Made by a program: the position numbers and the translations under genes
Shown: positions 11,262 through 24,600 of the stretch, in pieces
How the letters are laid out: each line of letters begins with the position of its first letter
Numbering within the stretch: position 1 is the first letter of the stretch
The notes under the pieces: model-generated
Database searches by the model: none
What the model was told of the DNA's origin: nothing
The model's input: only the letters and a program-made list of their open reading frames with translations
From: Fimbriosthenelais zetlandica
Lineage: Eukaryota
Assembly (NCBI GenBank): GCA_977030845.1
Contig: OZ365115.1
Location: 31,124,001 to 31,188,000, forward strand
Length of the DNA stretch: 64,000 nucleotides
Reading direction: 5' to 3'

Positions 11262-13711
11262 AATGTTATACCAGTGTTTGGCCATGTATGCAGCTGCTGC
11301 AGCGGAACTACATTGAGTGAAATCACATCCCATCAACATCAATTGAGGATCAGATCATCTTGTGGGTATTAGTAATGGTTGAGACAGAGCATGGAATAAT
11401 AAAAATTATAGCAACTTGAAAATAACATCCTGTCTGTATCACAACTTTCTTCAAATATTTGGAACAGATTATTAGTCCTATTACAGGCCTGAAAATAACT
11501 TGGGAAAACCAAATTAGGCTAATACTAGAATAATCCCTATTTAATTAATAATGAAGGGTCAGATCAGTGACCTAAAGCTAAAATAAACAACTAGGCATTG
11601 CCTTCAGAATGACCATTAATCATCATAAAATGTAGATAATGGCACAAGCAATGTGTGTATTTTATTTGAGGCTGGAGACCCTATGTGTTGTCATGGACAC
11701 CCGAGTCATGATGAGTAGCTTTCTAGTTTGACATGTGACTCATACATTACTCATACACAAAGCCATAGGGGGGCGCTGCTCCCCTGGGGAGCACTGGTTG
11801 CACTCTCACTGGAGGACGGGAGAGGATTAATGTGTATACATACATGTGTATAAATATACATTTTATATCTAAGTTATTCGTAATAATGTATGATGTTATT
11901 GCTAGAGTCATCTAACTCCAAATCATGAGAACTAATTCTCACTTCATTAATTCAAAGCATCCAGAAACGACACAGGGAAGTCAGCATGAGAAGAGGATAC
12001 ATACATCTTAGAGTAAAAGCATACATCTATGATCTTAATTTGTAGGTCGTCACCATAGAAACCACCCCCCAAGGGCAGACATATTATATGCACGGTTTGT
12101 CCTAGTTCACACCCATAATATTTTAAGCAAAGCTCCCAGTCCAACTTAAAGAAATAATTTAGAGCAAAGAGCCCATGAAAGCATCTCGTGAAATCCCCCT
12201 GAGAGCTGGAACTATTACTTCCCAGCCGTTTCAATGGATGCCTATAAAGATAAGTGTCATTGGTCCCTGGTCTCTACGAAACTAACCATGCTAGTGATGT
12301 AGAAGGGAGGTGGCCAGGCAGTATTCATATCCCAGAGGTGTGCCATAACCATGAGTTAGAGTAATGAAGCGGCTTCTAACCTGAACCCAACACTCATAAA
12401 GCTAGGTGCGTATGACATTCTCAGTTTGGTAGATTACTATGTAACTACTCACTAGATTTATTCAGACATCTTTTCTAAAAGATATAGGTTAAAAAGATGA
12501 TTAAGATGGGGCTCTCATCTGTATAAATCAGTAGATAGGCCTATTGGAATCGCGGAATGAGCAATCGCGAAGCTAGCAGACCGGAAGTGACATCACAACC
12601 ATTTTCCCAGCACTGTACAAGAGAACTAACTTCCTGTCTGCCAACAACATGTGAGATACTTATTGTGGCCGAGGCCTGGTGGGTCTAGAGCAGTACCAAT
12701 ACACGTGAGACATGAAAAGGATGGATTAAACAGGAGAAAATAATCCCTGCGGCTGCCTGCCTCTAGCAGGCCACTAATTGTGAAATCAATGCTGATAAAC
12801 AGCCACAAGCTTTATACGCCTGTCTGCTCGCATCAAGGTCAAAACCAACATCATGCTTACATTATTCGCACCAAAATAAACATGTAATCACATTGTACAT
12901 AGGCCCATGTACATAATGTCTAATTCTATAGACAATCAACATATGGAAAAGACTTAATCACCTGTCAATGAAATATAAAGGCTAAGACAATCTCCCAATT
13001 TTTCATACAGTCTAAAGTCTGTTCAAAAATGACTTTATCCTCACAAAAGAAACAGGATTATCAAAACTGATGAGCCTTTTAGTATGACTAATTCATTTGT
13101 ATGTATACCATTCCAACTTAATTGGAGGCAAACATGTTATCCTGATAAACCGCTTGTTATGACCTTGCTAGCTACAGGCATGAGCCCCTGATCTATTCCA
13201 CTGTCTGGCTTACAGCAGAATGACATGATCAATGGCCTCCTCTATAGAGAGGAGCTGGAGTTTTCAGGGGTCGGGAAGCATAAAAATACTAATGTTCCTC
13301 TAGACTGATTTGTGGATCGATGGTAGGGAAGATAGCCCAGCAACCAGCCTCAGCCTAGCGCTATATCATAACATCCATCATTGGTCACAGAAATATATGG
13401 CAAGCCAGAAAACCATTAAAAACGGATTCGACGACAGAGATATATTATGGGTAGTCAAATGCTATCAAAAGCCCATGGATATTCTGGAAAGGGGTAAGGC
13501 AAGGACGGAATGACAAAATGATGCTCTAGGTTATCTATAGAGAGGGACAAAGTCACACAGGTGGGGCAACTAACCATACGTCCTCACTGGACTCTTTTAA
13601 GCCGTAATGATATATGCCATTAGCCTCTCTGATTGGTTCATTTCATCAGAGACAATATGCAAATCAAGTCCTATCCACCATAACTACCCTTATCTCCATA
13701 CCACCATGTCG

Positions 13712-13725
13712 GTTACCATGGTAAC
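13712..13725. promoter_or_regulatory. RFX X-box (perfect palindrome GTTACCATGGTAAC)
   Basis: Exact 14-bp palindrome matching the X-box consensus. Confidence 0.55.
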
Positions 13726-15549
13726 AGATTATCCATTATGCACTATCAGTACTGGCGCCATTTGTCAGAGGGGAAATGTTGCTCTCACATGACCGTGGTC
13801 AGCCCAGCACATTGCTCATCCTCAATATTTTCCCTGATGTTACATTAAAAAGCAGCTGGCAAAATAATGAACCAGATGCTTCCTTTAAAGCAGCCAAATG
13901 CTTTTAGTAACTTCACGATGTCCTTCACATAACCGAGCAAACTGATGATAAAGATCAGAGCTTTCAACAAAGAAATACAGTATAATTATGACCGCAGAGG
14001 AAAATTCATTTTATTCTAAGATATGACAATGCACAGAGCGACCAATTAAATTTGTACTCTATAGATACTCAGATTGTTCCAAGAAATTTTCTGAGAAATC
14101 AGATCTGCGTGTTCTAATGGTGCTCAGACTCCTTAATAACCTGTACAGTTATTGTATTTTACCCCTGAGTGTTCGCAATGAATATTCCTCTCATTTCATA
14201 AGATAGAATATTACAATATATATATTCCAATGTTCGATGGCCATCAAAGTAAGACATTTCAAGCTCCTTTTAAATATGCAGAACTTCCTTGTGAGGAGAG
14301 CCTAATCTAATGGCTCTCAAGTCAGGCTGAAATTGAAGCCCGGAATAAAGAGTGATGGATGTAGATAGGTGTGAAGAGTAGGGGTAGGGGAGTGGGAGAG
14401 TAGAAGGAGTAGAGATTCTTTGATTTAATCTCCCTCACACTCGATGGATTTCAGTGCAATTCACTTAGAATCTCTCGGCGTCTTATAGGGCCTAGTCATA
14501 ATGTGCACGCTTTAGGAGGAGTGTGTGATGAGGTGGCACGATAATCATTAGTGTTTGGTGGATATGAATATGAAAATCCCAAGAAAACATGCCAAGTGGG
14601 GTTGATAACAATACTAACATGTAGGTCTATGGATTTTAATTCTTGATTGGTAATGAAATATTGGCACAATAGAGCACTTAAAGAACCGGGCATCATGTTT
14701 ACGTTTGGACTGAGAAACCCCAATGTAGGTTAGCCCAGAAAATAATCTGAGGAAAAAGGAGGAAAAAGAGGAAATAATCAGGGAGTGCATCCTCTATCAG
14801 GAAATCAGGCAATCGGTTATACTCTCGGAGCTGTACTTGAAGCTACTAGAAGCTAGACGAAGGCCCAGTAGGGCAAGTTCCATTTTGAACACAAGCTGTC
14901 ATAGAGTATATGGTAAACCATGCTAAAAACCTGATTTGTCCAGTATATTTAGCAGAAACCGACATAAATAGTTAATAGGAGGACAGGGGAACCTCTATAC
15001 ATTGTATCTAACCATCATTGCCTCAGTTAATGTTTTTGGGAGTGACAGCCAATAGATATGATACGTCATTACATTCACATGTATGGACTTTTTACTTCAA
15101 CATCCTAAAGCAATCAATTTCATTGCAATTGCGTCAAACTAGTGTACACAATTTATTTTGTTGCAAGTGTTTTTGATGATTATAATTAGAAAACTTTAAG
15201 CAAGGGAAAGAGGTTTGCTTAAGGGATGTACGTGTTTAAGGGGACAGAGACTTTTTGTAGCCATGGAATGTGGTAGTGTTTATGAAGGTTTTTTTTTACA
15301 CAGTGAGTCATTATGCCTTAAATGAGGTTAGGTGTTATAGTGCACAGCTCCCTATTGAAAGTTAAGACCGAATATTGAAATTGAAAAATGTGAAGAGTAC
15401 TATACAGGCTAAACATGGCCATGACAACTATTTAGGATATGTCATTAATTTGTCGTTAAATTAATATAACGTAAAATAGAAAGAAAATGATAACAAGACA
15501 ACGAAACAGGCGCTAAGTATGTAGACAGGCTATGTATGTAGATATAACA

Positions 15550-15653
15550 CTCATCTAGTGGTTAATAGTCCTAGCCTTTGTAAATAACATGTACGATCCT
15601 GAGGGCATTATATTAATAGCGCCCTCAGGCCTACTATAGAACCACTATATGAG
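15550..15653. mobile_element. Possible decayed palindromic MITE (~104 bp)
   Basis: Imperfect ~20-bp terminal inverted arms (CTCATCTAGTGGTT.../...AACCACTATATGAG) and a perfect internal 9-bp stem CCTGAGGGC/GCCCTCAGG. No TSD recognised. Confidence 0.35.
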
Positions 15654-18600
15654 ACGTGATATAATAAGCCAGTATGTGTTATGACCAACATCAATCGATT
15701 TCCTTGTTCAAGCAAAATCACTAAAATTTGACAAACTAAGGTAGAATATATATATACCGACCTTCTAACTGAAGGTCAAATACCATTCTATTCTGGAGCG
15801 TCCTTTGAAGGAAAGCTCATTTCAACACAGAGGCAATTGATCAAGTCGAGCCAATTGTGATTACAAATGCAATCAGAGATAATGCTAGCAGTGTATTGAG
15901 AATGCAATCCAGGTCAATGTATGCACATTGCTACCAGCAGCCCTTTGTTATGGTGGGGTGAAAGAGGTAGATTGAGGGGTTGCCCTATTGGCAAATAAAT
16001 ATCGATCAAAAACCAAAGAATGCTTTCATCAATGCAGAAAGCCAATGGGAAACTTTAAACATACATCAATGTCATGGTTTCCCATTCCGTCTTAAGAAGA
16101 CTGACAGAAGCCTTGGTGAAAACAAATATTTCATTTTAGCAATGAAGACTTGTGCAGAGGATTATCGGGTCGTATATCTTCATCATACATTGGGAACAAA
16201 TGTCTGCTTGTTTTCATTTCATGACATTCCTAAAGACAGACCTTTAAATAATATGTTTCTAAATTTAAATCCATACAATTCAAATTCAGGTCCAAATGAT
16301 AGCTTACTGAAATACTTTAAAGATCAGTGTTTTTACCATGCAGGCATGAAATACCTTAGGATTTTATCAATTTAAATCGAGATTTATTTAAACTAAGATT
16401 TATTTAGACACAGGAAAAGATGTTGACAAAACAGCTGAGGTTATATGCAGAACATACAGCACTGAGGCTAGAAATAGCAGAATAAACAGGACAATTTATG
16501 TGTTTAATGCAGTAACTGGATGGAAAAAATCTCTGGGCAAATATATACTTAAGACGGAGATTTCAATGGAAAATCACAAAATATTTAATATGGAAATTAC
16601 TACAGTACTTCCTCCCGTACCTAGGCATCTATTAGGAACTTCCACCACCTGGGGTACAATTTCATAAGATGCTACCCATTAGCTATTTCTGGGCGAATTG
16701 AGCATATCTGTCTTGTCAAACAGGGCTCGAGTACATCCACTTCATGGGTAATAATATTATTTACATAACATAACCTTAAGAAGCATTATTGTCGATTAAA
16801 TTTAACAAACAGATGATGGCTCTGACATTCCATTTTCCAAATTCACCAAGCATGTATAAGAACACTTCATAATGTGTCGAACAAATAGAGACAAGCCTTG
16901 GGAAATCTATATCTACTTCACCATAGTCTACGACAAGACGTTGGCAAACAAACGGTGAAATGTAGACTTGAGGTCTTCATGACTTGCATGGATCAGAGGC
17001 ATCCGTCAGTGCATTGATGTGATGGGGATGAGAGGAGGGGAGGGGAGGAAAAAGCTGGACAATTTACCATTATTACGCTCCCTGTTGCCAGACGGGCTTA
17101 TCAGCTTGAACCAGAGATAAATGAGCAATTGTAACCAACCCCCGACAGACGGAGATCAGTTGATGGTGTGCCGCGGATTCACTTGGCTTGCTCTTTATCG
17201 AAATAAGAGAGGATTATTGTAACAAACACAGGAGGGATATGGCGTGGGGGAAGGTGTAATGGGTACATTACTTGGTTAATGGAGGGATGGGTGTGTCCTT
17301 ATATCTATAATGGAACATATATGATATCATGGGGAGAAAATTCCACACTGATCCATGAGCATGAGCTTGATTTTAATACTGGAATTTTTAAATGGATATA
17401 GTTCAAATGACCGATGATCCATGGCCTTCATAAAGTAGAGATAAATGGTTTACAACATCAATTTGATGCATCATCGAGCATTAGAAATTGAACAATAAGT
17501 GTATGTGCCTAAAGCATTATTTTTCAGATAGAAGGTCTTGGAGAAAAACTTTCCCAGGTCTCGCACTGCCACAATATCTCCATCGTTCATAATTAATTAG
17601 TGAAAATCATTCAGGAAATGGAGCAATTTTGTGCACTGATGGAATGTTTCATTTTGACTGAACATCTTTAAATTGACACACTCCATTATTTCATGCTCGA
17701 GGGAGGAAGACGTTCAAATATTAATTTAATCATCTTAAGTTCAATCAAAGGGAACTTCCCAAACAATATGGTTCTCCCGAGCTGATACAAAATAATGATG
17801 TAGGTCATGGAGGGAATTCTCCCACTATTCTACCAAATGCAATGGGATAAGATTAAGAAATGTAACAGGTAGCATGGGATATTGTGACATCCTTGCACAC
17901 AATGCATCAGTATGATTTTTCAGCAAATGGCATTTTCTTTTTTCCGACAAGGATTAAAGTTTGGGGCTAAATCCATTTGGCCCATTGCCAAGCAAGAAGA
18001 GCCAATAGCTCCCTGTAGGGTGCTTCGTAATGGGAAAACGATGGATTTAAGATGCAGCCTTGAGGGGAATGCTCCGGCGAGTGGCTCTTCCATCACCTTA
18101 ATTCAAAAATAATATTGAGAGTAACTCTCTGACTCAGTCAATGTCACGCACGAGTCCATCATCTTCTAAAGCATGTACTCGCTTATTGGTAAAGCACCGG
18201 TGTCATTTTCTTTAAAATGTTTAATGATTAAATGAAGGATTGTGCAAGTTTATGAGACATGGCCTAAATACTGTGCTACATCATATATGAGCATGTATAG
18301 CAACACCCTTAATCAGTGAAACATATCGAAAACAAAGAATTTATCTTTCTTTGGAGTAATAGAACACACTAGCCCATTGAGACATTCCAGAGAAAAGATT
18401 CCAATTAGACAAGAGATTGACATATCAAGTACAAGCATTTTCAATGCTGTCCTACAACTTTCTTCAGGTGAACTCCTCGCGGGGACAAAGTCTTGGCTCT
18501 AACTCACAATATAGCAGAGAATGCTTGCCAAGCATCCAATCAGTTGTAAACATTGAAGGTTCCTTGCCAATGATCATTAGGATAACATGAAATATTTGTT

Positions 18601-21600
18601 TCGAAATGGATTGTTGGAAGAACCTGAAAAGTATCATTAAAAATGCAAGGGGAAACAGAGGTATCAGGGTTATATGGTTTAAAGGAATTGTGAATAATTC
18701 AGAAGAGCTTGTCAGGAATCATGAATTATGGCACTGTGGGGTCATGATACCTGTCAGGATACATAAACAATTTATTCAACTATGCTTCCATTAAGAAAAC
18801 TAAAGTATGCTCATATATGTACAGTTCATTTCAAGAAATACACCCTGTGCCGTTGGCCATTGAAAATGGTCGAAAAGCATATTTCTGGTGTTCAAATGGA
18901 AATGGAAGTTCAAATCAAAAGGCAAGAAGGGACATGAAAAAATGGAAAATTGAAATATCTTACCCATATACTCATCAGTATAGGCATACTCCAGGGTGCT
19001 CACCCCATGACTTATATTAGGAGTGATGGTCGGAGTAGCTTTTATGTGATGATGCAAACGTTTATACCAATCTGGTGTTTTGGGAGAAGTAGCAGCCATG
19101 TTTTCAACTTTTCTTAAAAACACTTTAAATTTACAGGAATGATGGATGTTCTCTTAATAGTTTTGGACAAGAAATATTCCTTTGGTCCTTTGTTCCTTTG
19201 GTCCCAAATTGCTTCTTGTAGTTTGACAATGGATAGTAATTCAGGATATGAATCTTTGTCTCATTTCCACAATTCAAGATGCAGTTCCTTGAATAGCTTA
19301 GTTTAACAGGATACTCAACTCAATGGTATTTCCAGGGTGCATAGAAATATATACGACACAATAAATGTCACAATTGTCAACAGGTCCTGACCACGGAAAG
19401 TGTGCAATACCAGGGTCTTTATGATATTAATATGCTTTATAATGGCATAATATACATGCGGGCTAATCCAAATGAACTATAACATATAAGCACTGGACGG
19501 ATGGACCAAATGGCCAGTTAAGGTCATGGAGCAAGTCACAACACTATGCAGACCAACAGTGACCAACTCCCTCCACTGCTTTTGGAATCTGGACAAATAA
19601 AACCTTGCAGCTTTAATTGAGTTTGCCAAATCCAACCACTCAAGTTCAATGTACAATTTATCCAATAGACTCCATGAGCAATACTTGAAATGGAACTTGA
19701 GTAGGACTAACGATGAACATTCAGTCCACTTGTAATGGATTCCGGGACTGAGAGCAATAAAAAAAAACTCAAATAAAATGTCCGGTGTGGGTGAAATATG
19801 ATGATTATTAATACTCAGTGGTTAAAGCTGGATGATTGGAAGGCAGGGGAGAAAGAGATGGAAAAAATGGGGTCATAATACGCCACTCTTCCCTTAGGCC
19901 AACCTTCAATGGTTATGTCCACTTTCCCTACGGCAATTGTCCCGATCGCAATTGATTATTGTGGGATCCAGTGAAAACAAATGTTTTGACTATCACAGAG
20001 TTTCAGGGAGGGAATGACAGAGGCTGGGCTTTTTGCACTCACTTCACCCAGCTATTTCAACGATCTCACAATCCTCCTCTTCTCTTCAATTCCAAATCTG
20101 AAACTGCCAACGCAGAGAGACTGGGAACAGTACTGGTCTATGGGAGAGATATACTGAATAGGTTGTGGTTCCCAACTGAACACATTCACCATCCCCACAT
20201 GCAGACTCTGGGTAAGTCTGTGTCAACCATTCCCTGCCACTTTGACTGGTATGTGTGTGTTCTTTCTGGCTACACCACACCCACAAAAATGTCCCCTTCA
20301 AGTGATCAAGTTGGAATCGTTTGGAATTCCTTCGGTAGAAAGTGGGTTTATTATACCACTTGTAGTTCCAAAGGTACGTACGGAGGTTGCTAAGTCCTAG
20401 TTTTATGACCTATTCCGGATGAATGATCTTGAGATTTGATCATCATCAGTAATGCATTCTTATAATGCACCCTTCCTCCTAGTCTTGACACTTGATGGTT
20501 GTTTTATGTGGTGGTATACAAAAGCATCCCACTGTGGTAGGATGGATACCAGTACTGCAGGTAGTGAGGAACCATTAACTGGTGTATATATATACCTTTC
20601 CAACTTATACCAATATTTGCTGTTTGCCAGCCAAGTGGTCAGGTGAATACAGAGTAGCAGGTGCTTGCCTACCAATTTGGAATCCAGGTGAGATGGGTCA
20701 ACTCCTGGGTGGATGTGTATGCTCATATAGGGGACTGGTATACATATGTACTGCTCATCCTGGCCCTGAATCATGTGTCAGTCAGTGAGTATATGTGTGT
20801 AATCATGCGTGACCCAAGCTCTTCCCCAGTCCTCCCTCCAATGTGTAACTGGGATCCAATGGTGCCTGGCAGATATAATGTAAATGGTATAGACTACATA
20901 CCATGCAGCACTTCCATGCCTACCGGATCCAAAAGGTGTGCCTACCAGCCTCTCCTCACCTGTCTCCCCATCCGATACCACTGCTCCACTAGCCACCTGT
21001 GATCACATGTACACCTATAATGTACAGGTCTATGGGGCTGATGTTAAGTGTTTCAGTTACGGATCAATGCATTCCGGTGTACACATACTCATCCACTATT
21101 CAATAGACCATCACCTCCCCTACTTCTATATATATATATGCCACATAGATCTATACACATTAAGAAATAGATATGTGTATAGGATGTATTAATGTACCTA
21201 CCATATAACTCTGGGGTGTTTAATGGTTCCACATGAGTGACCGCCTCTAGATATACCATCTAAACATAGCATACACCTTTACTGTCGAGTTTAGGTCAAT
21301 CATCACCCTATAAATTCAAGTGAGATCTCCTATTTTGGGTTCCCAATTTAGGAACCAACAGATATTTGAAATATTACATGTATTTATCCTAATTATATCA
21401 AAATTTATTTTTCAATTATCTGTTCAACGTTGGAGATGATCTATTTAATCTGTCATGCGAATCCAACCACATATATTTTCACATAGACCATAATCATTAA
21501 CCCATTTGACTTTTATCAGATCGTAAGTTGATTGCCTTAGATTTCCAAAACAAGTTCTCAGGTATGGTCAACCCCTTGAGGGCACTAAGTATAGAGTCCA

Positions 21601-24600
21601 GATCTAAGATAAGAATCCGAAAAGGGCATCAAGTCCAAAGTAGGTCTGTATAGTGTTCCCTCCAGAGCACCTATACCTCTACCACCTTCCTATGCCAGCA
21701 TAATAAGTCACAGATACCTGGTATTGCAACCACACTGAACAGGAGCAAGTGATGTCAGGGGAGCCAAGTATGCGCACCTTGGTCCATAGGTTTTCTGGAC
21801 GTGACTTCAAAATAAGTGCCTCCACCTCCTCCAACAGTTAGTGGGGTATGATGTACTTGCATGTGTGTATGGTCTGTGTCGACGTGTGTCTATGTTTGTG
21901 AATGTGTGTGAGTAATGGGGAACAGAGGATGGGAGCATGGGAAGCTGGGGTAATATTTTTATGAGTGCTCAGTTTTTTGGAGAGATGACTGTGATTAATT
22001 GTTATGTGAAAAGCCACTAACATTTTATGTCATACGAGATGTTGGAAGGGAGGGAGAGAGAGAGTTTTCTCCACCACACATAGCCCCCACCTCCATCTCA
22101 TTGATCTTTGACCCTACACTCTAAACAGTGAGTAATTTGAGTATGTAAAGTGACATTCCAAGCAGAAAATAAAAGTTTTACACACTCAAATCTATTGTTC
22201 AGTCAATCCTAATCTATGAGATAACAGGAAAGAAAACAAATCTAAGTCGGCCAATTTTCCACCAGATGGTTGATGCCCACACGAATTCAATCCTTGAATT
22301 TTAACTCTACATTGTCAAAGCCATGATTATGGCCATGCTTTTGGAAAGATCGTTATTTATTTCCATTATCATCTGCATCTTGGAGTCAAAATGACAAAAA
22401 TAGTGGAACACAGCAGGTACTTAGAAGACCAAGGTCATCCCAAGCAGTCTGCCAAAGTAAATCATCCCAAAAAGCAATTGTGTTGTGAGTTCTGCCAACT
22501 GCTTTTACCTCATGATAAATTCAGAGAGCACAACTACAACCATATGGTGTCAGCTTTAAATAGGAACATGATGCTCCATCCACGCTATCACTCCATGCCT
22601 TTGATCATTCAGTATTTTCTTAATTCATTAAATCATCCATCCTAAGTCGGTATAGTCAACAGTGAAGAGAACATGGGTAATGATCATTTCAGCATCCTTT
22701 TCTTGGGAATATGTCAAGGTTTGAGAGGGGGAGGACAGGCAGTAAACATAAGGTCACAGCAAATAAGCTTCATTCAAGGGCAGTGAGAAATGTGTGACAT
22801 GATCGGAGTGACATTTGGAGAGAAAGAAATAAACATCTCCTTTGACCAGTCTGCCAAATAAGATGGTTTTTGTCTTGCTATGGGAGACTACCTGTCACAG
22901 TGGGTGAACCGAAAAAGCCCGGAGAACCAATAATGTCACTTAATATGATCCATATTGGAAAGGTCTTTTTAGCAAATTGGTATTTTGTGACAATAGAACT
23001 GGAAAATTGCACGAACCTACATTATGAAAGAGCTTGTGGTTAGCAATAACCTAATTCCATGCAACTGGCTAAAATGACTTAAAATGCAATAACAGTTTAT
23101 TATTGGCATTGTTTACATAGCTCCAGTCACATGTTTTAACACTGGAGGGAGTCCAGGAGGAATTCATGGATGTTAGTTTGAATTCCCCTGGCCCAGATAC
23201 CATCTCTTCTAACATTGTCACTAAAACATCAAAGGGCTAGCTCTGAGTGCTAGCAGCTACACTCTAAAAACTAGTCACATTCATCACAGTACATAATTAT
23301 ATCAGATGCTATCCTGGATGTTCTCTATAATTTATACAACAGATACCCATGAAGGAATAAGGCACAAGGAATAAGCAAAATAAATAACTTTTCCTAGCAG
23401 ACCATGGCATAACCATGATGACTTTTCTTGGAAAGAATTTCCTGGATGGTCATCTACATCATCACAGGACCCCATATTGCACTTAGAGTGTCAACGACCT
23501 AGTGGCGAGACTCTGAGAATGTGTGTATGTGTGGGTGACATTTTTAATGGTTAATTACTCCAGGGTTCCATTAATATTATTGTGGCATGCCGTGACAGGT
23601 CGAGGCCTACATTATAAGTGGCCATAGCAGTGGTCACACCAGGATGTGAGAGCTATGTTGTCTATAATGAGGCAACTTCACAGGCTCTAGTTTATATATC
23701 TATGTCATGACCTTATAGATACTTTGTGTTCATATACATGCCATCCGAAAACAAAACAATAAATATACATTTGTGGCATTATTTTCTCATAATGTATTAT
23801 TTTCGTCAGAATCTATTCTGGGATAGATATTCCATTAAAAGGGAGTGTGATGGATAATATTGAAATGGTACGGGCAACTTGTTCAAGAGTAACTGCTCTG
23901 AGAAACAATCTAATCTTCCATAGAATTAAGCACTCCCGCAGCTGGCTGGTTTCTTGTCAAGATGGCAGTAAACTGCAATATCTACGAGAAAGGCACCTTG
24001 GGGTTAAAAGTGGCTCATTGGGTTTAAAGCCAAGAGTTTTTCCTTGGCCAGTGTAGCACGCCATCTGTGGTCCACACTGGCTACTCAGACCAGTGAATAC
24101 TTAATGACAACTAATGGTAGAGGTACAGAGGAAAGGCGAGGGGGAGGAGGTAGACGAGTGGGGTCACTTTTTTAAAGCTCAAGGTCAATTTAGATTTCCA
24201 GGAACCTTCGAGAACATCCTGACCAAAGTACTTCCATGTAGGCTGGCTATTTCCCTTAAACCTTAGAGTAAAATTCATTTTACTCTAAGCTTAAACATAA
24301 TATTAAATGCTCCATAGACCTGTGGCAGCTACAGGATATTCCAAGGTTAAATTTTTCACCAATTTCTGAAAGCATCCCAGTTAAGGACAAGGGCATTTTA
24401 CGAGTGATTCTGAGGGGAATCCCCTTGTCACTCGACCCTTCCATCACAATGCCCAAACTCGGCTTAAAATCCCATCTGTCATTATCAAGTCAGTGATGGT
24501 AAATGAGTATGGATGGTCTTGGGGTTGGGAGGGCTGAGGTGTGCATCTTTGATGGGCAGGCATCCATGATACGGGTTGGGATGGCGGTAAGGGTTGTGAA

